Positions 19,397-31,245 of a stretch of 39,792 bases of DNA are shown piece by piece. Position 1 is the stretch's first letter. Each line of letters begins with the position of its first letter. The stretch spans positions 108,802 to 148,593 of the forward strand of contig DPKG01000014.1 in the NCBI GenBank assembly GCA_003542615.1. The letters are read 5' to 3'. The notes under the pieces were generated by a model that did no database searches, was not told where the DNA came from, and saw nothing but the letters and a program-made list of their open reading frames with translations. The stretch is from Candidatus Shapirobacteria bacterium (GTDB lineage: Bacteria; Patescibacteriota; Microgenomatia; UBA12405). Both the position numbers and the translations under genes were made by a program.

Positions 19397-20437
19397 ATGA
19401 AAAATTTTTTTAAATTAATTGGCTTATTGATTTTGATAGGGGCTTTGGCGGGAGCAGTTTTTTTGGTTCAAAGAATTCAGGAGACAAGAAGGGGGGCGAC
19501 ATATGGAGGGGTTGATTTGATATTTTTGCCTAGTGATAAAGCATTAAAGAAAGGGGAGAGGTTTACAGTAACAGTCAATTTTGATGCAAAAGAATTTAAG
19601 CCAGCCGGAGTGGATTTGAGAATTAAATATGATCAGACCAGACTAAGAGCGATTGATATTGTACCGGTGGTAAAGGAATCGATTGAGGGATTGGCCTTTT
19701 TTCAAAAATCAGAAGATGTTTTGGATACCAGAATTGATCAGGCTAAAGGATATATATATTTGGCGGGGATAAACATGGAAGAGAGTGAGGCAAAAATGGT
19801 ATCGGTACAAGCTTTGGCTAGGATACATTTTGAGGCAATTGGATCGGGAGGAGTGGCGACGGTGACTTTGGATAGCGGATACAATAATATGATTACCGGT
19901 TTTAGGTCGGACGGTGGTACGGATTTGGATTTGGCTATAAGTGCGATAAAAGTGGGGAAATATACTCTTGAGGGGACGGTGTTGCCAACTAAAACTATTA
20001 CAGTGTTACCGTCAAAGACGGTGACTTTGGTACCGGTATTGACAGGAGTGGTAAAAGTGACGCCGACATTTATAGATGGTTGTCCCAAGATTGTAGTGCC
20101 GGATGGTTGTTATCTGGAGAAAGTTAATTGTATAGATATAGTTGCTCCTTGTTGTCCGGTGTTGAGATGTCCGGGGACGACAGTGAAACCTACCAGTCCG
20201 GTGGCGACGGGGACAGCTAACAAGTGTCAGGTTTGTAGTAATGGAAGAGATAAGTCGAAAGGGGATGCCAATTGTGATGGAGGGGTGGATTTGACAGATT
20301 TTGAATTTTGGAGGTCGGAAATGTTTGATCAGGGAGGATATTTGGGGACAATTAGAAATAATTGGAAGTCTGACTATGATTGTGACGGAAAGGTGACAGT
20401 GTTTGATTTTGAGCAATGGAGAAAAAATAGACAATGA
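19397..20437 (+). CDS. Membrane-anchored or exported cohesin-like + dockerin-like protein
   Basis: N-terminal TM + QETRRGA; GERFTVTV..GVDLRIKYD..LARIHFEA cohesin pattern; C-terminal GDANCDG/SDYDCDG. Confidence 0.75.
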   Translation: MKNFFKLIGLLILIGALAGAVFLVQRIQETRRGATYGGVDLIFLPSDKALKKGERFTVTVNFDAKEFKPAGVDLRIKYDQTRLRAIDIVPVVKESIEGLAFFQKSEDVLDTRIDQAKGYIYLAGINMEESEAKMVSVQALARIHFEAIGSGGVATVTLDSGYNNMITGFRSDGGTDLDLAISAIKVGKYTLEGTVLPTKTITVLPSKTVTLVPVLTGVVKVTPTFIDGCPKIVVPDGCYLEKVNCIDIVAPCCPVLRCPGTTVKPTSPVATGTANKCQVCSNGRDKSKGDANCDGGVDLTDFEFWRSEMFDQGGYLGTIRNNWKSDYDCDGKVTVFDFEQWRKNRQ

Positions 20438-22086
20438 CAAAGATAAAAACAATATTGTTTATGGTGGTTGGTCTGATGGCATTGGCGGGAGGGGTGGTGT
20501 TGGTGAGAAATGTACAGGAAACAAGGAGGGGGGCATATTTAAGTAAACTTGATTTGAGTGTCTGGCCGGATAGTAAGACTAATATGCAGGTTGGTGAAAA
20601 AGTAACGGCGACAGTAAAAATGGATGCCAAAACTTATCGGATTTCGGCGATTGATTTGAGAATGGGTTTTAATTCTTCGACTTTTGAAGTGGAAAGTATT
20701 GAAATTCAAAATAGTTTTGATAAAAAAATGAAAAATGAAGTGGTAGACGGAAGAATAGTGATTATTGCCGGGAATAGTAATGCTGATGAAACTAAATTAC
20801 CAACAGGAGTATTTGATGTAGCGAAAATTGTCTTTGTGGCTAAGGCGGCAGGAAATTTAAATTTGACCTTACCGGAGTATCAGGTACCGGCAACGCAGTC
20901 CAGCGCAAGCGGTGATAATAAGATGGAAATGAATTTTTTACCGGCCAGTTATAGTGTGGGAGGCGGAGGAGGAGCGAGTACTCCCCCAGTTTCTGAGAAT
21001 TTTGCAACGGCCGATCTGACAATTAATCCGGTAGTGGCGATTTTGAAAAAAGGGGAATCGACTGAGGTGGTGGTGAGGGTGGATGCAAAACAAACCAGAA
21101 TATCAGGGATTAAACTTGATTTGGTTTATACTTCCAATATTATTGATCCTAGTAATCTGGTGACTTCGAGTAGTTTTGATGTGCCAGCGGAATCGGCGGT
21201 AATAGATAAGACAAATAAAAAGATTTCGGTTTATTTGGTGTCGAGTAAGGCGGCTAACAGTTTGCCGACAGGAGTAATTGAGGTAATGAGATTTAAGGTG
21301 ACAGCGGTTAACAGTGGTTTGGTGATATTTAGAGTGAATGATAATTATTTAGTGACAGGCAGTAATCCTAATAGTGATGTTAAGACGGTGGGTTTGAATT
21401 TGGGAACAGGGAGAGTGACGATTGTAGAGACAGCATTGACTCCAGTACCAACGGACAAACCATCACCGACAGATAAACCGACACCGACTGAAATACCACC
21501 GACGGGAGATTATCCGGTGTTGAACTTTAAAATGGCTTTTGAAGGAATGGATGTGAACGGGGGATGTGCTGATGGGTGGCCAGTGACAATAATTGTGTTG
21601 GGGCAAAACGGAGAAAGTAAAACATATCATAATTTGACTTTGCAAAGAGATACGGCAATTAAAGACAGAGCGGTTTACAGAAGGAGTTTGGAGTTGAAAG
21701 GATTTAACCAAACCAGTAATTTGGCAGTATTTATTAAAGGACCGAAGCATTTACAAACAAAATATGGAGTAAATAATCAGACGGCATTTTATAATATGGC
21801 AGGAGGGCAGATTTCGGTGACAAATGATGTAAATAGTTCCATTTGGTATGATTTTTCAAAATATCCATTGTTGCCGGGAGATATTATGGCAGGAAACAGT
21901 GAAGGGCAGGACGGATTGGTTAATGGAATGGACTTTGCCAGAATGAAGGCGTTGGCGATTACCCATGAGACTTGGGGAGAAGGTCAGTTTAGAAATGGAG
22001 ATTTGGATGGGAATTGTCAATATAATTCGAGAGACATAACTTTGTTGAAAAATTCACTAAACGAGAAATTGGATATATTGTATTAG
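20434..22086 (+). CDS. Scaffoldin-like protein: two cohesin-like domains, PT linker, IKGPKHL domain, dockerin-like C terminus
   Basis: TM + QETRRGA; repeats ISAIDL..LPTGVFDVAKIVF / ISGIKL..LPTGVIEVMRF; GDI..QDGLVNGMDF and GDLDGN..NSRD. Confidence 0.75.
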   Translation: MTKIKTILFMVVGLMALAGGVVLVRNVQETRRGAYLSKLDLSVWPDSKTNMQVGEKVTATVKMDAKTYRISAIDLRMGFNSSTFEVESIEIQNSFDKKMKNEVVDGRIVIIAGNSNADETKLPTGVFDVAKIVFVAKAAGNLNLTLPEYQVPATQSSASGDNKMEMNFLPASYSVGGGGGASTPPVSENFATADLTINPVVAILKKGESTEVVVRVDAKQTRISGIKLDLVYTSNIIDPSNLVTSSSFDVPAESAVIDKTNKKISVYLVSSKAANSLPTGVIEVMRFKVTAVNSGLVIFRVNDNYLVTGSNPNSDVKTVGLNLGTGRVTIVETALTPVPTDKPSPTDKPTPTEIPPTGDYPVLNFKMAFEGMDVNGGCADGWPVTIIVLGQNGESKTYHNLTLQRDTAIKDRAVYRRSLELKGFNQTSNLAVFIKGPKHLQTKYGVNNQTAFYNMAGGQISVTNDVNSSIWYDFSKYPLLPGDIMAGNSEGQDGLVNGMDFARMKALAITHETWGEGQFRNGDLDGNCQYNSRDITLLKNSLNEKLDILY

Positions 22087-22100
22087 GTAAAAAGTTGAGA

Positions 22101-22129
22101 TTGGCGTTAAAGCAGTGAAATGTTATACT
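22101..22129 (+). promoter_or_regulatory. Sigma70 promoter of tRNA-Ile
   Basis: TTGGCG-17 nt-TATACT with extended TG. Confidence 0.6.
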
Positions 22130-22143
22130 ACTTTTACGTTTTT

Positions 22144-22220
22144 GGGTGATTAGCTCAGTTGGTTAGAGCACTGTCCTGATAAGACAGGGGTCGGAGATTC
22201 GAGTTCTCCATCACCCACCA
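22144..22220 (+). tRNA. tRNA-Ile (GAT)
   Basis: Cloverleaf gggtgat/atcaccc, anticodon arm ctgtc-ctGATaa-gacag, encoded CCA. Confidence 0.97.
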
Positions 22221-22262
22221 GTGATTTTTTGGATAGAAAATAGTGTAGTAGAATAGAGAGAG

Positions 22263-22376
22263 ATGAGGTATCAAAAATTAATTAAATTGATGGCTTTGGT
22301 AACAGCGACGGTGATAGTGATATTTGGGAGTTTTGGAAATATGTTGAGGACGGTGAAATTTGGTTTGAGAAAGTAG
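22263..22376 (+). CDS. Putative 37-aa single-pass small membrane protein
   Basis: MRYQKLIKLMALVTATVIVIFGSFGNMLRTVKFGLRK; TAGAAT 8 nt upstream; fills an intergenic gap. Confidence 0.5.
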   Translation: MRYQKLIKLMALVTATVIVIFGSFGNMLRTVKFGLRK

Positions 22377-22389
22377 AATTTGTGGGATA

Positions 22390-23652
22390 ATGAAACAGAT
22401 GAAGACTATGGGGCTAAAAATATTGATTTTGGTTTTGGTGGTATTTTTGGGGGTGGGTTGGTATGAGTGGTTTACAGGCAGATGGCAAATTATTAATCCA
22501 TTATCTAGAAAAAATAAGGTGTCTGAAAATAAAATTGAGGTGGTGGGATTTTTACCAAGTTGGATGGTGGGGAAAACAAGAATTTATGGAGACGAGGTGG
22601 ATAGTCTTATATTTTTGGGGGTGGAAGTAAATAGTGAAGGCGAGTTGGTGTGGGATGTACAGGGTAAAAAGATAAATAATGAAGAATATTTGAAGGTGAA
22701 AAATAATGTGGCAAAAAATGGGGGTAAAAATATATTGGGAATAAAACAATTTGGGGATGATAATTTAGATTTGTTGATTGGTGATAAGGAAAAAAGAGAT
22801 AGGTTGATAAATGAGTTGGAGGGAGTGGTGTTGGCGGGGAATTTTGACGGAGTTAATGTGGATTTTGAATATCAAAGTAGTCCGGTAAAGGTGATGTCGG
22901 ATGATTTTGTGATGTTTTTGGGGGAGCTGAGGGAGGCAAATTTAGGAGAAATTAGTTTGGATGTATTTGCTAATACGGTAATCAAGGGGGAAAAAGAGGG
23001 GTTGGATAAGTTGTTGAATAATTTGGATCAGTTGATAGTAATGGGATATGATTTTCACAGACCAGGGAGTAATTATGCAGGACCGGTGGCACCGATAGGG
23101 TCGGGAATGGGAGAGCCGAGTTTAGGAGATGTGGTAAACAGAATAAATTTAGAGCAGTTGAATAGAAAAAAAATGGTGTTGGCTTTGCCGTTGTATGGAT
23201 ATGAGTGGAGGACAGAGGATGAAAATTATGGTTCGAAGGTGGTGCCGGGATATTCACAGATGGCCAGTTATAAAAGAGCCGGAGATTTGTTGAAGGATGA
23301 AGATTATAAGGTGGTGGACATGAAAGAAGTGGATGTGAAGGATATGAGCGAGTTGGAACCCGGAGTGATTAGGTTATATTTTGATGAAATTGCCAAGAGC
23401 CCATGGATGGTTTACAAGGAAGAAGTAACAAAAACGGAGAGACAGAGAATAAGTAAATATTCAACCAGAACCCGGTTGGTGACGGTTACAAGTGAGGAGT
23501 ATTATCAGATTTATTTTGAAAATTTGGTCAGTATGAAGTATAAGTTTGATTTGATTAAAGAGAATGGTTTGGGAGGGTTGGGATTTTGGGCTTTGGGGTA
23601 TGAGGGGGAGGAAAGTGAAGTGTGGAGAGAACTAGAAAAGATAGTTAATTAG
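22390..23652 (+). CDS. Membrane-anchored glycoside hydrolase family 18 protein
   Basis: FDGVNVDFEY, MGYDFH, LALPLYGYEW, GLGFWALGYE; true start may be 22399. Confidence 0.9.
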   Translation: MKQMKTMGLKILILVLVVFLGVGWYEWFTGRWQIINPLSRKNKVSENKIEVVGFLPSWMVGKTRIYGDEVDSLIFLGVEVNSEGELVWDVQGKKINNEEYLKVKNNVAKNGGKNILGIKQFGDDNLDLLIGDKEKRDRLINELEGVVLAGNFDGVNVDFEYQSSPVKVMSDDFVMFLGELREANLGEISLDVFANTVIKGEKEGLDKLLNNLDQLIVMGYDFHRPGSNYAGPVAPIGSGMGEPSLGDVVNRINLEQLNRKKMVLALPLYGYEWRTEDENYGSKVVPGYSQMASYKRAGDLLKDEDYKVVDMKEVDVKDMSELEPGVIRLYFDEIAKSPWMVYKEEVTKTERQRISKYSTRTRLVTVTSEEYYQIYFENLVSMKYKFDLIKENGLGGLGFWALGYEGEESEVWRELEKIVN

Positions 23653-23654
23653 TA

Positions 23655-24305
23655 TTAACCGTTGTTTTTGAGCCATTTTTCCCGTTTGAGATAGAGATAG
23701 CCGAGGATTAGGACAGCACCGATGACAGTGAGGACACTTTCGATTTTGTCCAATCCGTGAGCGAGGGAAATGAAGGCTTCTCCCATTTGATAACCAACGA
23801 GACCCAGAATTACTGAGCGGATGATGAGAGCCAGAAAAATCATGGGGTAAAATTTGGATGGGGTAATGCGGAAACCACCGCAAAAAGCGGAAACCAGGGA
23901 AACGGGAACAATGGGGATGGAGGCGGCAACAAGGATGAAAACTTCATCTTTGATGGATTTTTGGAAATCGGATTTGACTTTTTCGATAAGACTCCAGCTG
24001 ATACCGATGTATTTACCGAATTTTTCAATAAAAGGACGGCCGCCATAGTAAGCAATTAGATAAACCATACTGGTACCGATGATGGCACCGATGGAGTATG
24101 GAAGTGAGACCCGGGTGAAAACTTGCCATACAATTTCAAAAATAGGCTGATTGTGTTCGATTAAAAAGGCACCACCGGCCATAGTTATGATGGGAGAAGG
24201 AATGGGGACAATGATTTGTTCGATAAGACCACCGAGGAACATTGATAATAAGCCGTGTGTTTGGACTAAGCCAAGAATGTAGTTGAGGATATCTTCCATA
24301 TTCAT
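23655..24305 (-). CDS. DedA/VTT-domain membrane protein
   Basis: LIEQIIVPIPS, Y.IAYYGGRPF..KFGKY motifs. Confidence 0.9.
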   Translation of the reverse strand: MNMEDILNYILGLVQTHGLLSMFLGGLIEQIIVPIPSPIITMAGGAFLIEHNQPIFEIVWQVFTRVSLPYSIGAIIGTSMVYLIAYYGGRPFIEKFGKYIGISWSLIEKVKSDFQKSIKDEVFILVAASIPIVPVSLVSAFCGGFRITPSKFYPMIFLALIIRSVILGLVGYQMGEAFISLAHGLDKIESVLTVIGAVLILGYLYLKREKWLKNNG

Positions 24306-24365
24306 ATAGTATATAGAGCGATTATTTTTTTGTAAAAAGATAATATTTTTTAATTAATCTGCCAT

Positions 24366-24394
24366 TTGACTAGGTATAAATATTAAGGTAAAAT
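24366..24394 (+). promoter_or_regulatory. Sigma70 promoter upstream of tRNA-Ala-23S-5S
   Basis: TTGACT-17 nt-TAAAAT with AT-rich upstream tract. Confidence 0.7.
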
Positions 24395-24611
24395 AGGAAC
24401 ACTTGCAGAAACTAGAAGCGCATAAAATGCTAAAAAAATACCTATTTACACAATCAAAAAAGATGGAAAGATAGGTGACGTGTACATAAGGTCGTAGCGC
24501 CGAAAGCAAAGCAAGCTTTCGGTCTTTTTTTGTCTGCAAGGCAGATAATGCACATTTTAAATAGGATTTGAACCTGCTGGGCAGGAAAAGCCAAAAGGGC
24601 AGGCAAATTTA

Positions 24612-24685
24612 GGGCCTGTGGCTTAGTTGGTTATAGCACCTCGTTTGCAACGAGGGGGTCGGGAGTTCGAATCTCCCCAGGTCCA
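24612..24685 (+). tRNA. tRNA-Ala (TGC)
   Basis: gggcctg/caggtcc acceptor stem, cctcg-ttTGCaa-cgagg anticodon arm; CCA not encoded. Confidence 0.96.
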
Positions 24686-24806
24686 CAAAAAAGATTTCAG
24701 AAACTAGAGATATGAAACTAGGAGTACAAATCTTTGTCCCTAGAAATGGGGATCTTACTTTAACAATCTATTGAATCAAAGTAACTAAGTAAAAAAACAA
24801 TTTCAC

Positions 24807-24920
24807 GTCCCGAGGTAAACTCGGGATAAATCCCGGTGTAATAACCGGGGTAATTCCGGTGGGAATCGGAGTGAATCTTGGCAACTAAATTGAGTTGCCG
24901 ATTCCGGAGTAATCCGGAAT
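24807..24920 (+). repeat. Tandem array of five short hairpins in the 23S leader
   Basis: tcccgag/ctcggga, cccggt/accggg, ttccggt/atcggag, ggcaact/agttgcc, attccgga/tccggaat at ~22-26 nt spacing. Confidence 0.7.
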
Positions 24921-24929
24921 AAATTTATT

Positions 24930-27922
<2,993 letters not shown>

Positions 27923-28150
27923 TTAATAAAATTAAGGGCTCGACGTAAGTCGGGTTTTACCTAGACGAGGTTTGGGTGAGGAATGGGCCTTAGGGCCCAC
28001 CTTCGCTTAAGCTTCGGCGGGTAAACAACTCAATTTAGAGGCCAAGATTATGGAATTTCCGATGTATTATCGGAAAAAATGTTTTTTTACTTAAGATCCC
28101 GATGCAAAATCGGGATAAAAAATTGTTAACACAATTTTTTAGTTTTTGGG

Positions 28151-28268
28151 TTCTGGTCACCAGAGCAAGATGGAACCACCTCTTCCCATTCCGAACAGAG
28201 TCGTGAAACGTTTTAGCGCCGACAATAGCTTTCCTGCAAGGGATCTTGAAGATAGGTCGTGGCCAGAA
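28151..28268 (+). rRNA. rrf: 5S ribosomal RNA
   Basis: ttctggtcac/gtggccagaa terminal helix; CCCATTCCGAAC and GTGAAAC motifs. Confidence 0.95.
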
Positions 28269-28287
28269 CCGAGAAACTAAAGCCAAT

Positions 28288-28316
28288 CCCTCTAAATCTC
28301 CCTTTGACAAGGGAGA
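28288..28316. repeat. REP-like type D hairpin
   Basis: ccctctaaatctccctttgacaagggaga. Confidence 0.55.
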
Positions 28317-28349
28317 CTTTACGGATGATTCAATAGAGAGTTAAAAATT

Positions 28350-28376
28350 AATCCCGCATTTGGCGGGATTTTTTTT
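28350..28376 (+). terminator. rRNA operon terminator
   Basis: aatcccgc-atttg-gcgggatt followed by a T-run. Confidence 0.85.
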
Positions 28377-28415
28377 GTGATATATTTGGTTAGTTAAAAA
28401 TTGTTAAATATTTTG

Positions 28416-28640
28416 ATGGAAACAATAATTGAAGTAAAAATAGGAGATCATTTTAATAGGCATGATTGGGGGCGCTGTAGTGGAGCGGGAGAGTGGAGCA
28501 GAGATGGAATTAGATGTGAAAAGACATCATCGGAGACAAGTTTTGAAGCTTATTTTTTTGCTGACTGTCCGGTGTGCAGAGAGTCGACAAAAGGTTCTTT
28601 TTATAGAAAAAAGCGTATATTTTTGGGAAGGGTGATATAG
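28416..28640 (+). CDS. Small hypothetical protein, possible zinc-binding
   Basis: 74 aa from ATG 28416; four Cys including CPVC. Confidence 0.55.
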   Translation: METIIEVKIGDHFNRHDWGRCSGAGEWSRDGIRCEKTSSETSFEAYFFADCPVCRESTKGSFYRKKRIFLGRVI

Positions 28641-28766
28641 GGAAGAAAAATTATCGGGTTGATGTTATAATACTTAAGTTTTTAAGGTTATTTGTTTATT
28701 TGGGGTAATCAATCCCTCGATAAACCCCTTATGGGGTTTTTTTATTTCTGCAGGGCAGAACTTAAT

Positions 28767-29885
28767 ATGGCTAAAAAAGAAAAAGTTGTAAAAAACAAAA
28801 AGAAAGAGATATTGACGATGGAGGATTTGTTAAAATCAGAAGGAGTTGAGTTAGTTGGTTTTAAAAAAGGACAGGAAGTAAGGGGAAAAATTACTTCAAT
28901 CAAAAATAAAGCAATTTATATTGATGTCGGAGGAAAATCGGATGCGGTGGTAGGAGGTAAGGAGTTTGAATTTGTAAAAGATTATGTGGCCGATTTGAAA
29001 GTCGGTGATGAAATTGAAGTTCAGATAAAATCTCCGGAGAATGATAAGGGACAGATATTGGTCTCGATTAGAGGGGCGGCTTCGGGTTATGGTTGGAATT
29101 ATTTTACCGATAAACAAAAAAATGAAGGTGAAGTGACGGTATTTGCCAAGGAATTAAATAGGGGTGGAGCAGTGGTAGTGGCGCCGTTTGGTTTTTATGG
29201 ATTTGTACCGGGATCTCAAATCGGAGAAAAATATGATGGTGATCCGGAAAAAATGTTGGGTAAAAAGGTTAAAGTAAAAGTATTGGAAGTGGACCAGGAA
29301 AAAAACAGACTGGTGTTTTCGGAAAGATTGGTATCGGAGCCGGGTAAGGTAGGGAAGGAAAGTGATGCAATTGATGCTTTGAAAGTAGATACGGTATTTG
29401 AGGCAGAAATTGTGAGAGTCGAACCTTTCGGAATTTTTGTAAAGATTGACTATAAATACAAAGAACAGGAATTAAGTTTGGAGGGTTTGGTACATATTTC
29501 GGAAATTTCATGGGAGAAAGTGGATAATTTGACCCAAATGTACAAAGCAAAAGAAAAAATTCAGGTTAAATTGATCAATAAAGACGAGGGGAGATTGCAA
29601 TTTTCAATAAAAAGAATGTCAAATGATCCCTGGCAGGATATTTCTGATAAATATCCAAAAGAAAAGGAAGTTTCCGGGGTGGTGGTAAGGATTGCTAATT
29701 TCGGGGCTTTGGTGAAATTGGAGGCGGGAGTGGAAGGGTTGGTGCATGTATCGAAATTGGTAAATGGGGTTAATTTGAAAGAAAATGAAGAGGTGGATGT
29801 TTACATTGAAAGTATTGATACCGCCAAAAGGAAAATTTCTTTGGGATTGGTGGAGAGTGATAAGAGCAAGGTGATATACAAATAA
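28767..29885 (+). CDS. rpsA: 30S ribosomal protein S1 (short, four S1 domains)
   Basis: IDVGGKSDA, GFVPGSQ, EGLVHISEISW, EGLVHVS; start reassigned to MAKKEK. Confidence 0.9.
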   Translation: MAKKEKVVKNKKKEILTMEDLLKSEGVELVGFKKGQEVRGKITSIKNKAIYIDVGGKSDAVVGGKEFEFVKDYVADLKVGDEIEVQIKSPENDKGQILVSIRGAASGYGWNYFTDKQKNEGEVTVFAKELNRGGAVVVAPFGFYGFVPGSQIGEKYDGDPEKMLGKKVKVKVLEVDQEKNRLVFSERLVSEPGKVGKESDAIDALKVDTVFEAEIVRVEPFGIFVKIDYKYKEQELSLEGLVHISEISWEKVDNLTQMYKAKEKIQVKLINKDEGRLQFSIKRMSNDPWQDISDKYPKEKEVSGVVVRIANFGALVKLEAGVEGLVHVSKLVNGVNLKENEEVDVYIESIDTAKRKISLGLVESDKSKVIYK

Positions 29886-29903
29886 AATCAATTTTGTGGC
29901 GTT

Positions 29904-29972
29904 ACTTGCAAAGATCAAAAGAGGGGGTCATCCAAATTGGATGAATTCTTTTGGCTCTTATTCTTTGCAAGT
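29904..29972. terminator. Large hairpin between convergent transcripts
   Basis: acttgcaaaga/tctttgcaagt, caaaaga/tcttttg, tcatcca/tggatga. Confidence 0.55.
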
Positions 29973-30045
29973 TTAGGATGGTCGTTGACCTCGGTGCCCG
30001 CACTCCGGACCATAGATCGGGTCCGGAGTGCGAGACTCAGGAGAC

Positions 30046-30570
30046 TTATGGCTTGGCAGCCATGGTCTCCTGGGCGGCGGCCTGCCGCTCGGCAGCATCG
30101 GCGATGCGCCGAAGCTCCAAACACAGGTCGCAGGCCTCGAGGTTTTCCCCGGTGGCAAAGGCCGTCGGGGTTGGGGTACAGGTCGGAAAGAATCCGTCAT
30201 CCCCGGAGGGGGTGGCGGTTGGATCCGGCTTGCTTGGTGTGTCGGTCGGGTCCGGCTGGGCAGTCGGATCCGGCTTGTCGGTGGGGTCCGGTTGGGTGGT
30301 GGGAGTGGATTTTTTCTCGAGGTCGGGACAAGTCCCTTCCTCAACTTTTTCCCAAGGCCAATGAAGGCTATGGGATGGAATCCACTTGCACTTTCCTGTG
30401 ACTCGGTGTTGTACCCAGTCACAGGTAATGCCTGAGTTGCCCTGAGGAGGGCATTCTTCCTCAGGCCTGCCACCGGCCGAAACACCGGGGAGGGCGGGGG
30501 AGAAAACACCCGCCAAGAGGGCTGCTAGAATTACGCAGCCAAGGACAAACGATACAGATACTTTCTGCAT
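30046..30570 (-). CDS. GC-rich secreted protein with Cys-rich domain and PDPT repeats
   Basis: AAGGAG SD before ATG 30570; signal peptide; (Q/K)PDPT repeats; CDLC + coiled tail. Confidence 0.75.
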   Translation of the reverse strand: MQKVSVSFVLGCVILAALLAGVFSPALPGVSAGGRPEEECPPQGNSGITCDWVQHRVTGKCKWIPSHSLHWPWEKVEEGTCPDLEKKSTPTTQPDPTDKPDPTAQPDPTDTPSKPDPTATPSGDDGFFPTCTPTPTAFATGENLEACDLCLELRRIADAAERQAAAQETMAAKP

Positions 30571-30769
30571 TTCAATCTCCTTTTGAAAATTTTTTTCCTT
30601 GAAATTCAAGGCTCAGAGCCGGGGATAATACCCAATTATCCGCGATTTTGAGCCTTGATGGAGATAATTCAAGCTATGACCATCCTATTTGTTAAGGAGC
30701 ATTCAAGAGCTGAATGGATTATGGGCAAATCCTAGGCGCAAAGCCAAGGTAGCCTATAATTACAGGATT

Positions 30770-30798
30770 ATTGTACTATAGGATATATATTTAGTCAA
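30770..30798 (-). promoter_or_regulatory. Sigma70 promoter for the 30570 gene
   Basis: TTGACT-17 nt-TACAAT on the - strand, implying a ~190-nt 5' UTR. Confidence 0.65.
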
Positions 30799-30855
30799 GA
30801 TAGGGGGAAGATTGGGAAAAATTAAGATCAGGCTTTTAAATTGATATAATAGAGT

Positions 30856-31089
30856 ATGGCAATGAAAAGGGGAGAATTTCAAAATGACTTAAGGAGAAAT
30901 TTGATGGGACTGGATTTGAGTAGTATAAAGTTGACTGATCTGGAAAGAAGAAGGACGGAAATGTTGATGGAGGGAATGGATATAAAAAGTATTGCCAAGG
31001 AGGAAGGAGTGAGCGGGTCTTCAGTAAGGGGGACTTTGTGTTTTGTGGATGTGAAAGTTTATTTGCATTTGAATACTTTGGGTAGGTAA
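30856..31089 (+). CDS. Stand-alone LuxR/sigma-region-4-like HTH protein
   Basis: LTDLERR..EMLMEGMDIKSIAKEEGVSGSSVR; TGnTATAAT 5 nt before ATG. Confidence 0.7.
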   Translation: MAMKRGEFQNDLRRNLMGLDLSSIKLTDLERRRTEMLMEGMDIKSIAKEEGVSGSSVRGTLCFVDVKVYLHLNTLGR

Positions 31090-31164
31090 ATAAATATAAA
31101 GGTAGGATGGGTAGAAATTGTGATGGCTTTATGAGAGGCTGCAGGAGTGATGAAAAATGCAAAA

Positions 31165-31200
31165 CCCACCCCCTACCCCCTCCCTTGAAGAAAGGAGGGG
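31165..31200. repeat. REP-like type D hairpin
   Basis: cccaccccctacccctcccttgaagaaaggagggg-type sequence. Confidence 0.5.
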
Positions 31201-31245
31201 AAGAAAAAATAAGAAAAAGAAATAGTATAGATGATAGAATTGTGA

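Noticed and set aside
24807-24920. CRISPR-like periodicity
   Set aside because: Units are non-identical, have no spacers, and no cas genes are present; the A/B repeats are dispersed, not arrayed
28692-28766. Upstream extensions of rpsA, and likewise 13922-13993 and 36734-36946
   Set aside because: Non-protein-like sequence covering promoter or leader elements; downstream ATGs fit better
29915-30509. Five additional overlapping ORFs in the GC-rich patch
   Set aside because: Stop-poor GC-rich sequence; only 30046-30570(-) has an SD, signal peptide and promoter
30722-30754. GGCAAA...GCGCAAAGCC...GGTAGCC resembling a c-di-GMP-I riboswitch
   Set aside because: No room for the P2 GNRA stem or P3; too short; needs cmscan to revive
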